A stretch of DNA of 64,000 bases from a bacterium (GTDB lineage: Bacteria; Patescibacteriota; Dojkabacteria; SC72). Both the position numbers and the translations under genes were made by a program. The notes beneath the pieces were generated by a model. That model had not been told where the DNA came from, did no database searches, and saw only the letters and a program-made list of their open reading frames with translations. Shown here one piece after another: positions 39,808-50,898 of this stretch; within the stretch, counting starts at the first letter, position 1; every line of letters starts with the position of its first letter. The DNA lies in NCBI GenBank assembly GCA_021463465.1, contig JAJTYH010000002.1, positions 73,799 through 137,798 of the forward strand, read 5' to 3'.

Positions 39808-40954
39808 AAAGATAGTATTAACAGGAGGAGGGTCAGGAGGCCACATTTCAGTTGCCATATCATTACTTGCTGAATTAGAAAAACGATATGACAATGTCAA
39901 AGATAAACTTCTATATATAGGAGGAGATTTGGGAATGGAAGGGGAGAAGAATGCCAGGAGTATGGAAGAAAAGAGACTAGAAGGAACTGGGTATGCATTC
40001 TCAAAAATTAGGGCAGGTAAATTTCAAAGAGTACTTACTCCTTCAACAATTCCACTCCTATTTCGAACCATTTTGGGATTTTCTGATGCATACAACTATC
40101 TCAAACAGTTTAAACCGGATTTAGTAATCTCTACAGGAGGTTTCGTGACAGTACCTGTTTCCCTTGCGGCGTCACTACTTAAAATCCCTTTGTATTTACA
40201 TGAGCAAACGGCAGCAGTAGGGCTTAGTAATAGAATTGCAAGCAAGATCGCTAAGAAGATTTTCGTAACATTTCCACAATCTCTAAAATACTTTCCACCA
40301 AACAAAACTAAAATTGTTGGAAATCCTATCAGAGAATCGATTTTCAAGGAGAACCAAGGAACCGAACTTCTTAACGCTCTAAAAATCATGAAAAAAGAAA
40401 ATGAAAACCTACCAATACTCTATGTATCTGGTGGAGGGCAAGGCTCTCATCTTCTAAACATAATAGTAAGAGATGCTTTAGTACACTTGTTAGATAGATA
40501 TCAGATAATCCTACAAACTGGCGATAACCAAACATTAAAAGATTACGAGGTACTTGAAAATGATCGGAAGAAACTCCCTAAAGAAAAACAATCTAGGTTT
40601 TTTATTACCAAATTTGTAACTGATTTTGAAATCGGTAGTGTTTTCAAGCACTGCAACTTATTTATTGGTAGATCAGGGGCAAATACGGTATATGAGCTAG
40701 GGGTGCTAGGAAAACCTTGCATTTTGATACCAATACCATGGGTAACTCACAACGAACAATACAAAAACGCCAGAATTTTAGAAGAAATAGGTCTTGCGAC
40801 AATTTTACCCGAAGGACAATTATCCAGGGAATCTTTGCTTCAGACACTACAAGCCAAAATGAATAGTCTTAAAGGTACGACCTATTCAAATGGCGACAAA
40901 CGATTTAGTGTAGATGCTTCCTCCCAAATCATTGATTCACTAGAGCTCAGCTAG
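39785..40954 (+). CDS. murG: MurG glycosyltransferase
   Basis: TGGGSGGH, TGGFV, HEQ, GNPIR, GRSGA, EQYKNA. Confidence 0.95.
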   Translation: MQKQQLNKKIVLTGGGSGGHISVAISLLAELEKRYDNVKDKLLYIGGDLGMEGEKNARSMEEKRLEGTGYAFSKIRAGKFQRVLTPSTIPLLFRTILGFSDAYNYLKQFKPDLVISTGGFVTVPVSLAASLLKIPLYLHEQTAAVGLSNRIASKIAKKIFVTFPQSLKYFPPNKTKIVGNPIRESIFKENQGTELLNALKIMKKENENLPILYVSGGGQGSHLLNIIVRDALVHLLDRYQIILQTGDNQTLKDYEVLENDRKKLPKEKQSRFFITKFVTDFEIGSVFKHCNLFIGRSGANTVYELGVLGKPCILIPIPWVTHNEQYKNARILEEIGLATILPEGQLSRESLLQTLQAKMNSLKGTTYSNGDKRFSVDASSQIIDSLELS

Positions 40955-41048
40955 TTTTCAGTTCTCCCTAAACATTATAAGTCTTCTTATCAATATTTAG
41001 TCCTGTAACGTTTTACTCTTGACCCTGTAACCTAGCGATGATAGCTTA

Positions 41049-41082
41049 GTGGTGAGCAGTGGCATAAAGTGGTGATTGATGG
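41049..41082 (+). promoter_or_regulatory. MraZ-binding boxes (GTGG repeated every 10 nt)
   Basis: GTGG at 41049, 41059 and 41069 and ATGG at 41079, directly upstream of mraZ. Confidence 0.8.
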
Positions 41083-41095
41083 TAGAGTAAGAAAC

Positions 41096-41536
41096 ATGAT
41101 CATAGGTGAATATCAAAACAGAGTTGGAGACAAGAAACGAATTGCGCTGCCAAAGAAATTTAGAGATGAAATCGGAGATCAATTGATTTTAACAAGAGGC
41201 TACGAAAATTGCCTTGTCATAGTGAATCAGACTATGTGGGAATCAATTGCCAAAGATGTAGTCAGCGGCTCGTTTATAAATAGTAAGATTCGGGAAACCA
41301 GCAGATTCTTAGTCGGAAGTGCTATTGAAGTTGAACTTGATCCGCAGGGAAGATTTGTAATCCCACAACCGTTATTTGATCATGCGCAATTAAACAGTGA
41401 GGTTGTCTTTATAGGACTAGTCAATTGGATAGAGGTTTGGTCAAAAGAGGAATGGGAAAAGAAAATAAACTCCCTTCGCAAAAACAGCTCAGAGATTGCG
41501 GATGAGTTGAGTAATCTCAGTTCAGAAAGTAAATAA
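41096..41536 (+). CDS. mraZ: Division/cell wall regulator MraZ
   Basis: GEY...DKKRIALPKKFR; LDPQGRFVIP; IEVWS. Confidence 0.94.
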   Translation: MIIGEYQNRVGDKKRIALPKKFRDEIGDQLILTRGYENCLVIVNQTMWESIAKDVVSGSFINSKIRETSRFLVGSAIEVELDPQGRFVIPQPLFDHAQLNSEVVFIGLVNWIEVWSKEEWEKKINSLRKNSSEIADELSNLSSESK

Positions 41537-42420
41537 TGACTTCATACCACATTTCAGTATTACTCAATGAGTCTCTGGAAAGTCTAAATATCAGACCTTC
41601 AGGTTTTTACATTGACTGTACTTTAGGTGAGGCTGGTCACAGTATTGAAATTCTAAAAAAGCTGAATAAAGAAGGACTTCTTCTGAGTATCGACCAAGAT
41701 AATGAGGCAATACAGTTTGTAACTCAGAAATACGAGAGAAATCTTGAACAGAGTAGTTGGATTTTAAGGCAAGGAAACTTTGCCTCACTTAAAAAAGTTC
41801 TGGTAGGAATTGATCGCAAACCTGATGGAATCTTAATGGATCTAGGTATATCTTCACGTCAGTTGGCTTTGGAAGGTAGAGGTTTCAGTTATCAAAACGA
41901 AACTGACCCGCTTGACATGCGAATGGATGATGAGCTTAAAGTCCTTGCGACTGATTTACTCAATGTACTTTCGGAAAAACAGCTTACAAAACTTTTTTAC
42001 GAATACGGTGAAGAACGTTATGCACCCCGAATTGCAAAAGCTATTAAAGCTAGTACTAACGGCATTAAGACTGTAGGAGATCTCACATCTCTCATCTACA
42101 AAGTTGTACCGGCAACTGCCCGTAGAGGAGATAGCCATCATCCTGCTCGCAGGGGCTTTCAGGCCCTGCGTATAGCAGTAAATGACGAGCTAGGAGCCTT
42201 AAAACAAGGTTTAGAAGAGAGTTTTGAGCTCTTAAACAGCCAAGGTAGATTAGTAGTCATCACTTTCCACTCCTTAGAGGATCGAATAGTGAAGACATAC
42301 TTCAAATCCTTAGGCACACAAGTCAAACTTTTAGTTGAAGGGCAACCTCCAACGGAAGAAGAAGTTAAATTAAATAAAAGGGCTCATTCAGCCAAATTAA
42401 GAGTTATCGAGAAAATTTAG
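41536..42420 (+). CDS. rsmH: 16S rRNA m4C1402 methyltransferase
   Basis: HISVLL.E, DCTLG.AGH, DLGISS, FQALRIAVNDEL, TFHSLEDR. Confidence 0.96.
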   Translation: MTSYHISVLLNESLESLNIRPSGFYIDCTLGEAGHSIEILKKLNKEGLLLSIDQDNEAIQFVTQKYERNLEQSSWILRQGNFASLKKVLVGIDRKPDGILMDLGISSRQLALEGRGFSYQNETDPLDMRMDDELKVLATDLLNVLSEKQLTKLFYEYGEERYAPRIAKAIKASTNGIKTVGDLTSLIYKVVPATARRGDSHHPARRGFQALRIAVNDELGALKQGLEESFELLNSQGRLVVITFHSLEDRIVKTYFKSLGTQVKLLVEGQPPTEEEVKLNKRAHSAKLRVIEKI

Positions 42421-42431
42421 TAACTGCACAT

Positions 42432-42773
42432 ATGTCAGACCGACTGAAAAGACAATTAAAACGACGACTATACACCAATACAAAATTTGAGTTGAAGAAT
42501 GTGCCTTTCTTATTTTTTGTTATTTCTGTAGCCTTTTTCTTTGGAACACAACTGTACATTAATTCTATGCTCAGCCCCTTGGGCGGTAAGTTACAATCTT
42601 TAAATACCGAAAAGGACCTACTCCTACAAGAGAATCGTGAGCTTGAAAAAGATTTAGCAAATGCCCAATCAATAACAGTAGTTGAAAACCTTACCAACAA
42701 AAAATACAAATTAAAACCCAGCAGCACGACACAATTGGTATATATAACTACATCGGTTAGCGCTTCAAAGTAA
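42432..42773 (+). CDS. FtsL-like cell division protein
   Basis: TM helix plus coiled coil, between rsmH and the PBP gene. Confidence 0.6.
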   Translation: MSDRLKRQLKRRLYTNTKFELKNVPFLFFVISVAFFFGTQLYINSMLSPLGGKLQSLNTEKDLLLQENRELEKDLANAQSITVVENLTNKKYKLKPSSTTQLVYITTSVSASK

Positions 42774-42775
42774 CG

Positions 42776-44581
42776 ATGACTAGCTTCCACAGGCGCAAAA
42801 GTCGTGTGACAATCAAAAATTCTAGGATTCAAAACATGCACTATGTCATAGCTGCAGGCTTTATACTTTTCATTGGATTTGGAGTTTTAATTCAAGCCTT
42901 TAGATGGCAAATTGTACAAGGAGACAAGTTCGCTAATCTTGCCAAAGCTCAATATTTAGAAAGTACCGACCAATCAACTACTAGAGGAATAATATATGCC
43001 AATGATGACACAGTACTTGCGGTAGACGAACCTGTATGGGATGTCTATGCCTCTTTAAGCTCACTTCCAGCTGAGCGTGAACTTTTTTTTGAGCACAAAG
43101 ATGAGTACGTGGCTACAGTGGCAGGTATTTTAGCAATGGAAAAAGTATCAATCGACAAAAAGCTTGTTGAAGATTTCATGTACGTAAAACTTAAAGAAAA
43201 TATTGATATAGATAAGAAGAAAGCCTTAGAATCAGCACTTATTTTCCCAACCAAATTCGAAGGATATCATAAGAGTTTTGGTTTTCATTTTGTTAAACAT
43301 GAAGACAGGGTATATCCTAACGGCAAACTTGCTAGCCACCTACTTGGATTCATAGGGAAAAATTCCGAAGGTACTGATGTCGGGCAGTACGGTATAGAAG
43401 GCTTCTATTTCTCGGATATTCTAGGTCAAAATGGTTATACCTATGAAGAGAAAGATTCGCTTGGCAATGTAATTCTAACCTCAGAGTATGATCCGATACT
43501 TCCCAGACAGGGTAAAAGCTTCAAGTTAACTGTAAATCCGGTAATGCAACTAAAAGTTGAGAAGATTTTAAAAAAAAGAGTGATCGAACAACAAGCAAAA
43601 AGCGGCTCAGTAGTTATAATGGACCCAAATACGGGTGGGATTTTGGCAATGGCTAATTATCCAGACTACAATCCGAATGAGTACTGGAAAGTAGGGGAGA
43701 ACTGGATTTTTAGAAACAAAGCAGTTGCTGATGTTTATGAGTATGGATCAGTCCAGAAACCAATCACGGAGGCAATTGCCCTAGAATCAGGCAATGTCAA
43801 GGAGGATTATACCTGTAATGACAAAACAGGGTCATTTAAACTTTATGATAAGACAATCTATACATGGAACAAATTGCCAAGTGGCAAAATTAACTTAAGT
43901 GGCATTCTTGAAAAGTCCAACAACCCTTGCATTGCTCAGGTTGCATTGGAGGCAGGGCATGTCTATTTCTATCCAAAGCTAGGGGAATTCGGAATAGGGA
44001 GGTTTGTGGGCATAGGATTACAAGATGAAGCAACCGGTTACCTTAAACCTTTCGAAGAGTGGACCAAACTCGACCTCGCGACAACAGCCTTTGGACAATC
44101 TGTTGCTGCGACGCCACTTCAAGTAATTTCCGCGATAAGTACAATTGCAAATGAAGGAATCAGAATGAGACCTTACCTCATTTCTGAAGTCAAAGAAGCA
44201 GAAGAAGTGATTGACATTAAACCACAAGTTATTGCCACTCCCATCTCAGCTAAAACTGCAAAAATTGTTAGTAAGAATATGGAAAATGTAGTGAGGAAAG
44301 GTGAACCACGCTCAGTATTTAATTCGCTACTTCCTGATTACAGTATCGCTGGAAAAACTGGTACAGCACAAATTCCAAAAAAAGACGGCCCTGGTTATTA
44401 TGATGATAGAGTAAATGCAACCTTTGTGGGTTTCTCACCCGTACAAGAGGCTAAAATGGTCATGCTGGTAAGGATAGAAGAGCCTAAAACAAGCGCTTTT
44501 GCTGTAACCACGGCTGTACCTGTATGGATAGAGATATATAAGGCTATAGCTGACGACCTGGAAATTGCAAAGACCAGGTGA
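42776..44581 (+). CDS. ftsI: Class B penicillin-binding protein (FtsI-like)
   Basis: SVQK (SxxK), SNN (SxN), KTGTAQ. Confidence 0.9.
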   Translation: MTSFHRRKSRVTIKNSRIQNMHYVIAAGFILFIGFGVLIQAFRWQIVQGDKFANLAKAQYLESTDQSTTRGIIYANDDTVLAVDEPVWDVYASLSSLPAERELFFEHKDEYVATVAGILAMEKVSIDKKLVEDFMYVKLKENIDIDKKKALESALIFPTKFEGYHKSFGFHFVKHEDRVYPNGKLASHLLGFIGKNSEGTDVGQYGIEGFYFSDILGQNGYTYEEKDSLGNVILTSEYDPILPRQGKSFKLTVNPVMQLKVEKILKKRVIEQQAKSGSVVIMDPNTGGILAMANYPDYNPNEYWKVGENWIFRNKAVADVYEYGSVQKPITEAIALESGNVKEDYTCNDKTGSFKLYDKTIYTWNKLPSGKINLSGILEKSNNPCIAQVALEAGHVYFYPKLGEFGIGRFVGIGLQDEATGYLKPFEEWTKLDLATTAFGQSVAATPLQVISAISTIANEGIRMRPYLISEVKEAEEVIDIKPQVIATPISAKTAKIVSKNMENVVRKGEPRSVFNSLLPDYSIAGKTGTAQIPKKDGPGYYDDRVNATFVGFSPVQEAKMVMLVRIEEPKTSAFAVTTAVPVWIEIYKAIADDLEIAKTR

Positions 44582-44604
44582 GATAATATGTAACAAGAGA
44601 GAAC

Positions 44605-45651
44605 ATGTTTACAGAACTTGAGATTGGAATAATTAGAGATTCATTGGAGGCACTATTCGTAGCTTTCGTTGTGTCAGCTTTTTTCACCCCTTTAATGATT
44701 AACTTTATGTATCGGTTCAGGCAAACTTCCGAAATTAAAGCTAGCAAAGCAGGAATCGACGGAAAAAGTAACGCACTTTTCAGAAAAATTATGAATGTAC
44801 AAGAGACTAACGGTACTCCAAACATGGGAGGTGTGATGATTTTGTTCGTAGTACCAATAGTTTCTTATCTGCTCCTTCCGCTAACACCGATAATGAAGGT
44901 GTTGCTTTTTGGTTTTGTCCTTTTCGGTATATGGGGGTTACTTGATGTATTGTTTACCAATTCAATCAAAGGGAATCCTGAACTTATTGAAAAACAAGAG
45001 AGGTTTGAGTGGCGGATGGGCAAACTTGGAGTAGCAGTACTACTCAACTGTATTGTCACATATTGTCTCTATAAGACTGGCTACTTGACGGATATCGTAA
45101 TCTGGAACGACCTAAGCCTGGTATTTATGCCAATATTAATCCCTATAATAGCTGTCGTTGGTCAATTTGCCATTTATGCCAGCGAACTTACTGATGGGGC
45201 AGATGGATTGATGGTAGGTATAATGGGAGTAATATTTGCAGCTCTTGGTATTGTAACCTATATTGGAGGCGCTACTGAATTTCTTCCTTTCATCTTTATT
45301 GTACTTGGATGTTTAGGTGTTAACCTTTACTTTAATATTCCTCCTGCTAGATTTTGGAACGGTGGACCAGGTGCAATGCCCCTTGGTTTCGCAGCATTTT
45401 TCATTAGTTTGGTGACTAACAATCTAATCCCGTACTTCATAATATCTATAATGACTTGGATTATTCTTGCTTCAAGTATTATCCAAATACTCAGCGTAAA
45501 ATTCTTTAAGAGGCGAGTCTTCAAAATTGCTCCGATACACCATCACTTCCAGGCATTGGGCTGGCCAATGTACAAGGTAGTTATGAGATTTTGGTTATAC
45601 ACAGTTTTCAGTAGTTTGATAGGGATTTTGGTCTCACTGTACCTAATGTAG
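44605..45651 (+). CDS. mraY: Phospho-MurNAc-pentapeptide transferase
   Basis: GTPNMGG, LTDGADGL, FKIAPIHHHF. Confidence 0.9.
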   Translation: MFTELEIGIIRDSLEALFVAFVVSAFFTPLMINFMYRFRQTSEIKASKAGIDGKSNALFRKIMNVQETNGTPNMGGVMILFVVPIVSYLLLPLTPIMKVLLFGFVLFGIWGLLDVLFTNSIKGNPELIEKQERFEWRMGKLGVAVLLNCIVTYCLYKTGYLTDIVIWNDLSLVFMPILIPIIAVVGQFAIYASELTDGADGLMVGIMGVIFAALGIVTYIGGATEFLPFIFIVLGCLGVNLYFNIPPARFWNGGPGAMPLGFAAFFISLVTNNLIPYFIISIMTWIILASSIIQILSVKFFKRRVFKIAPIHHHFQALGWPMYKVVMRFWLYTVFSSLIGILVSLYLM

Positions 45652-45652
45652 A

Positions 45653-46405
45653 TTACTGCTTACAAACCCTATCGTTACTACATTTGGAAACTCCATCCTG
45701 ACACGAGCAGATATTGCATTTATCTGAAGCTGAATATATATCTCCATTTGCATAGATATTCTTTTCATAGTAGCAAAGCGATGCTTTTTCAATCTGCCCA
45801 CTATCATCAAGATAAACGATATCCAAGTCTCTACCATCGTAGTCCCAATCAGTAATTCTGTAATGGACTGATACTGTGCAATCTAATACATAGTTAGTAG
45901 GGGAATTGTTAATCACATTTGTGATGTAAAGTGTATCCTTGGTTAAATAGTACATTCCAACTTGAATCGGAATGCGGGAATCAGCTGAACACTTTTGATG
46001 CTGCTCAATTGTAATATCAATTGATTTGGCTTTGGTTGAGACGCTAACGAATCTAGTTTTAAGAACAAAAGAGTCGAGAGTATCCTTCAATCCTCCTACT
46101 AAATACTTAGGTTTTACTGTCAAATTCTTGCGTGTGAACTTATCGAGGGTAGGTTTAGCAGTATCAGTATCTACTTTCACACAGGTAACTTCTCCACCTT
46201 CACAATTACAAGTAAACCCTTGTTTGTATCCAGGAATTTCTGAGCCAGCAGCAAAAGACTGGTCGTTGAATTTACAACTATTAATTCCAAGTACTTTATC
46301 TAGTGAAATGTATACTAAAAACCCGCCAAAAAACACAAACAGCATTGTAACCACTAATAGGACGAACCTATTGTCTCGCTTGCCCACAGTCTGAGAGTTT
46401 AGCAT
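45653..46405 (-). CDS. Membrane-anchored Cys-rich (VWC/pacifastin-like) protein
   Basis: TM helix; C.C.GGEVTC and DKCNICSCQDGVSKC repeats. Confidence 0.6.
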   Translation of the reverse strand: MLNSQTVGKRDNRFVLLVVTMLFVFFGGFLVYISLDKVLGINSCKFNDQSFAAGSEIPGYKQGFTCNCEGGEVTCVKVDTDTAKPTLDKFTRKNLTVKPKYLVGGLKDTLDSFVLKTRFVSVSTKAKSIDITIEQHQKCSADSRIPIQVGMYYLTKDTLYITNVINNSPTNYVLDCTVSVHYRITDWDYDGRDLDIVYLDDSGQIEKASLCYYEKNIYANGDIYSASDKCNICSCQDGVSKCSNDRVCKQ

Positions 46406-46423
46406 ATATGATAAAATCTGCCT

Positions 46424-47302
46424 ATGCACGACTCACATGCCCATTTATCTCACACACCTCTCAGAGAAAACTTGATTGAGGTTCTCAAAACTTTTAAGGC
46501 AAAAGGGGGGAAATACGTTCTTAATGTAGCTCTTGACTATGAGACCATGAATGAGGTGATTGCTCAAGCTGTGGAAGCGGAAACCTTGTTCCCACAGACT
46601 GTCTTTAGTTCACTTGGTATTCATCCGGATCATATATCAAGCCTCACCAGCAATTTCCTATATAAAGAGGTCGATAAAGGAATCGCATATCTTGAAGAAA
46701 CAATAATCTCACATAAGAATCGGGTTTTGGCTGTAGGTGAAACTGGGCTTGATTACTTTCATCTCTATAATCGAATCGATATGGGCGAAGAAGAGCGGGA
46801 GAGTCTAATTGAGGCACAGAAGTACAGTTTTAGGAAGCATGTAGAAATAGCGGTTACCCACGACCTACCTCTTACAATCCATACTAGGGATGCCAAAGGA
46901 AGTACAAACTGCACAGCTGATGCCCTTAAAATTTTAGCAACTTCAGGTAAAGGAAAAGCCAGGGGAGTATTTCACAGCTATACAGGTGAACCTCAGTACC
47001 TAAGTGACATCATAGCAATGGGGTTTATGGTGGGTTTTAATGGTATTATTACTTATCCAAACGCTCAGAACGTCAGAGACCTACTCAAACAAACGCCAAT
47101 TGATAAAATTCTGACGGAAACCGATTCTCCGTTTCTTCCACCACAGAGTATCAGGAAATATAAATCCAAGGAAGAGAAGTATTCACAACCGGCTGATGTG
47201 CGGGAAATACTTGATGTCTTAATCAAAACCAAAGACATGGAATCAGATCAGCTTGAAGCTCAACTGAATCAAAACTTCGAAGCGTTATTTCTTGGCAACT
47301 AA
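46424..47302 (+). CDS. tatD: TatD-family nuclease
   Basis: DSHAH, GIHP, VGETGLDY, IHTR, HSY, ETDSPF. Confidence 0.93.
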   Translation: MHDSHAHLSHTPLRENLIEVLKTFKAKGGKYVLNVALDYETMNEVIAQAVEAETLFPQTVFSSLGIHPDHISSLTSNFLYKEVDKGIAYLEETIISHKNRVLAVGETGLDYFHLYNRIDMGEEERESLIEAQKYSFRKHVEIAVTHDLPLTIHTRDAKGSTNCTADALKILATSGKGKARGVFHSYTGEPQYLSDIIAMGFMVGFNGIITYPNAQNVRDLLKQTPIDKILTETDSPFLPPQSIRKYKSKEEKYSQPADVREILDVLIKTKDMESDQLEAQLNQNFEALFLGN

Positions 47303-47968
47303 GACAATATATTCCCCTTTAGGTAAAATCTGTTCGTAAAGTAATATCATATCTACTATGCCCAAGGTATCAACCTTTTCAAACTTCTTAGTAATATCAT
47401 TGATAACACAAACTGTTCGGTTACCTAGAATTGAATAAATCTCTCGTAGCAATTTAAACAACCTGTTAGGAGATTCATATATACATAAGGTTGCATCCAA
47501 ATCCTGACAATCCTTAAGCGCCTTTAGCCTATGCGAATCAGATTTAGGTAAGAATCCAAGAAACAAGAACTTATCCGTTGGAAGACCAGAAACCGAAATC
47601 GCCGCTGTAACGCCACTAGCTCCTGGTATAGCCTCGATGTTATATCCTAATGTTCTCAACTGATTTACCAGTCTATATCCAGGATCGGAAATAGTAGGGG
47701 TACCGGCATCACTAATTAAAGCTAAATCAAGACCCATGTTTAACTTTTCAAGGACTTTGGGCATGATCCTTTCATGATTCTGATCACGATAAGAAATAAG
47801 TGGCGTTTTAATCTCGTACTTTTTCATCAACTTACCCGATTCCCTGGTATCCTCGCACAGTATAAAGGTTGATTCCTTCAAGGAACGAATAGCGCGCAAG
47901 GTTATATCTTCAAGGTTACCTATAGGAGTGGCCACTACCATCAGTTTACCCTTCATTCTGGTATTCAC
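47285..47968 (-). CDS. rsmI: 16S rRNA C1402 2'-O-methyltransferase
   Basis: VATPIGNLEDIT, EDTR, SDAGTP.ISDPG, YESPNR. Confidence 0.96.
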   Translation of the reverse strand: MNTRMKGKLMVVATPIGNLEDITLRAIRSLKESTFILCEDTRESGKLMKKYEIKTPLISYRDQNHERIMPKVLEKLNMGLDLALISDAGTPTISDPGYRLVNQLRTLGYNIEAIPGASGVTAAISVSGLPTDKFLFLGFLPKSDSHRLKALKDCQDLDATLCIYESPNRLFKLLREIYSILGNRTVCVINDITKKFEKVDTLGIVDMILLYEQILPKGEYIVLVAKK

Positions 47969-48596
47969 TTAATTTATGTGCAACATCAACTTTGTAATCA
48001 CCAATCGCAATCCTACGTAATTGGGTCAGATGAGCGTGAGTTCCTAGCACATTTGCTAAATCAGAAGCTAAAGAACGAATGTAGGTTCCACTGCTACAAA
48101 CAATCTCAAATTTTACCATCGGCCAATCATATTTTAACAATTTGAAAGCATAAACAGTAATTCGTTTGGATTTAAGTTCAAATTCAATGCCTTGTCTGGC
48201 TAAATCATAAGCACGCTTACCATTTACATGTTTGGCACTAAATTGAGGAGGGGTCTGTTCAATCTCGCCTACAAATCTCTTCTCAATCATCTCTGCCAAA
48301 TCTGACTCACTAATTTTCTTGGTATCGGTTTCAACTACCTTCCCAGTAGCATCCAAAGTATCAGTAGAGATATTGAATCGGGCAATCGCTAAATATGTTT
48401 TAGAGTAAGTATGAAATAGATCTTGCAGCTTGGTGGACTTACCTAAAAGCAGTATAAGTAGTCCTGTGGCAAAAGGATCAAGCGTCCCAGTATGACCAAT
48501 CTTTATTCCTTTTGGAAAGTGTCTTTTGACGACACGAATTACATCGTAAGAAGTCATACCTTCAGGTTTGTCTACAAGCAAAACTTGCTCATCCAT
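47946..48596 (-). CDS. truB: tRNA pseudouridine-55 synthase
   Basis: DKP.GMTS, GHTGTLDPFATG, CSSGTYIRSLA. Confidence 0.96.
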   Translation of the reverse strand: MDEQVLLVDKPEGMTSYDVIRVVKRHFPKGIKIGHTGTLDPFATGLLILLLGKSTKLQDLFHTYSKTYLAIARFNISTDTLDATGKVVETDTKKISESDLAEMIEKRFVGEIEQTPPQFSAKHVNGKRAYDLARQGIEFELKSKRITVYAFKLLKYDWPMVKFEIVCSSGTYIRSLASDLANVLGTHAHLTQLRRIAIGDYKVDVAHKLSEYQNEG

Positions 48597-48615
48597 TATG
48601 ATATAATGAGAATAT

Positions 48616-49149
48616 ATGAGTAATGGCTTAATTATATCCTTTTTACTGCTTTTTGTATTCATCCTTGCTGGCTGGACACTCTCATTAATCACTAGTATTG
48701 TCTTGACACCCAGCATTCATACTCCCAAAGAAATCTTGCCGGAAATTTTAGCAATCATGAAGCTAAATAAAGACGATCATCTTTATGATCTGGGCTCAGG
48801 AGATGGACGTGTAATCATCGCCGCCCGCAAATACATGAAACTCAAAGGTTACGGTTACGATATTTCTCCTATAATCGTTTCTCTTTCCAAAGTTATTAAA
48901 TTACTCAATCTAGGAATCAATACGGATGTATTTTTTGACCTTGAAAACATCTTTGAAGTCAAGCTTAAAAAAGCCACCAAGGTTTACACTTATCAAAATC
49001 CTAAAATCCTACAAATCTTGGACAAGAAGTTCAAGAGAGAACTCGAGAACGTAAAAGTGTATTCGTACAGATATGAGATACCAGAGAAGAAATCCTCCAA
49101 AAAACACAAATTGGGTAATGGAATGATTTTGTTTGAATACAAATACTAA
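48616..49149 (+). CDS. Class I SAM-dependent methyltransferase
   Basis: YDLGSGDGR motif; N-terminal TM helix. Confidence 0.85.
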   Translation: MSNGLIISFLLLFVFILAGWTLSLITSIVLTPSIHTPKEILPEILAIMKLNKDDHLYDLGSGDGRVIIAARKYMKLKGYGYDISPIIVSLSKVIKLLNLGINTDVFFDLENIFEVKLKKATKVYTYQNPKILQILDKKFKRELENVKVYSYRYEIPEKKSSKKHKLGNGMILFEYKY

Positions 49150-49649
49150 TGGAGCTTATTCCCGTAGTAAATCTTCAGGATGAGATATTATTCTATAAGA
49201 ATCGAGATGAGATTACTTCTGAAGATATATTCAGAGTGGCTTCCGTATGGGTACTAAACGATAAAAAAGAAGTCCTACTCGGTAGAAGAAGCCTAACAAA
49301 GAAAACGAATCCTAATAAATTCGCACCAATTGTTAACGGGACAGTTAACAAAGACGAATCGTACGAAGAAAATGCTTTAAAAGAACTCAAAGAGGAGATT
49401 GGTATCACCCGTACAAAATTGAATTTCCTGACGAAGCTTTTTGTTAAAGAGAAATGGCAACTATTTGTGAGCTATTTTTCTACCCAACTCACTGAGTCCG
49501 ATCAACTTAACTTTGACTCTAATGAAATTGCTGAAATCGTTTACTGGCCACGAGCCGAACTTGAATTCTCTCTGGTTAATCAACCCGAAATGTTTGTTCC
49601 TGACTTCAAAAGAGTTTACGAGGAGGTAAGAGAGCTGTTGTTCAGATAG
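49149..49649 (+). CDS. NUDIX hydrolase (IDI-like)
   Basis: G.V...ESYEENALKELKEEIG Nudix box. Confidence 0.85.
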   Translation: MELIPVVNLQDEILFYKNRDEITSEDIFRVASVWVLNDKKEVLLGRRSLTKKTNPNKFAPIVNGTVNKDESYEENALKELKEEIGITRTKLNFLTKLFVKEKWQLFVSYFSTQLTESDQLNFDSNEIAEIVYWPRAELEFSLVNQPEMFVPDFKRVYEEVRELLFR

Positions 49650-49689
49650 ACATTATTGACATTTATACGTATACCTAGTATACCTTAGT

Positions 49690-50874
49690 ATGAATGAGCC
49701 ATTAGCATCTCGACATCGTCCTAAAACCTTAGAGGAGTTTGTTGGTCAAAAACATCTCATTGGCAAAAACGGTCCCATCCGAAAACTTCTTGAGTCTGAA
49801 AATATCCCTTCTATGCTTTTTTGGGGTCCACCTGGCAGTGGGAAAACTACTCTTGCTTATATTATCTCACAGAATATATTTTATGACTTTCATAAGCTGC
49901 AAGCTGTAACTGCAGGTAAAGACCAACTGAAAAAAGTACTGGCACATGCGATGAATAATCAGAATTATAACCGCAAAACAATTCTGTTTATTGACGAAAT
50001 CCATCGCTGGAACAAAGCACAACAAGACGCCCTACTACCATATGTCGAAAAGGGAATCATCACATTAATTGGCGCTACCACCGAAAATCCATCATTTAGA
50101 GTTAATAATGCTTTACTCTCAAGGTGTAAGCTTTTCGTTTTCAACCAACATAGCAAAAACGATATAGTTGAGTTGCTAAAGAAAGTCTCCCAATCAGAAT
50201 ACCCCAAGTTTGAAATTCCCTTGAGGGTACTTCAATTAATGGCCGATTTAGCGAATGGAGACATTCGCAGTGGTCTCAATATTCTTGAAATGTGCGCATC
50301 TATCGCGAAGGGAGCCAAAATGACAGAGAAAGATGTAAAAGGTGTGGTGCAAAAACAGCTTTATTATGATATGGATGGCGATGAACATTTTGATCTAATC
50401 TCTGCAGTCCATAAATCTTTAAGGTCTTCTAATTCTACTGCTGCCTGTTACTGGATTACTAGAATGCTTCAAGGTGGTGAAGACCCTCTTTATATTGCTC
50501 GAAGGCTCCTTCGATTTGCAAGCGAGGACATAGGGAACGCAGATATGAATGCAGTTATCTTAGCCAATACTGTATATGAGACCTGCGCCAAATTAGGAAT
50601 GCCTGAGTGCGATGTTCATTTGATGCAGTTAGCAATATACCTAGCCAAATCTCCAAAAGATAACAGTGCCTATATGGCTTCACAGCTTGCAAAAAAGGAC
50701 ATCGAAGACTTTGGTAATCTCCCAGTACCATTACATATTCGTAACGCTCCAACTCAGCTGATGAAAGATTTAGGCTACAGCAAAGGGTATGAGTACGACC
50801 ATGATTTGCCTGGTAAAAAGTCTCAACAGCAGTGTATGCCTGACAAACTTAAAGATAAGAACTACATCAAATAG
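49690..50874 (+). CDS. rarA: Replication-associated recombination protein A
   Basis: [34 protein letters not shown]. Confidence 0.95.
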   Translation: MNEPLASRHRPKTLEEFVGQKHLIGKNGPIRKLLESENIPSMLFWGPPGSGKTTLAYIISQNIFYDFHKLQAVTAGKDQLKKVLAHAMNNQNYNRKTILFIDEIHRWNKAQQDALLPYVEKGIITLIGATTENPSFRVNNALLSRCKLFVFNQHSKNDIVELLKKVSQSEYPKFEIPLRVLQLMADLANGDIRSGLNILEMCASIAKGAKMTEKDVKGVVQKQLYYDMDGDEHFDLISAVHKSLRSSNSTAACYWITRMLQGGEDPLYIARRLLRFASEDIGNADMNAVILANTVYETCAKLGMPECDVHLMQLAIYLAKSPKDNSAYMASQLAKKDIEDFGNLPVPLHIRNAPTQLMKDLGYSKGYEYDHDLPGKKSQQQCMPDKLKDKNYIK

Positions 50875-50898
50875 TTTTTCTGATATATAATTACTTGT

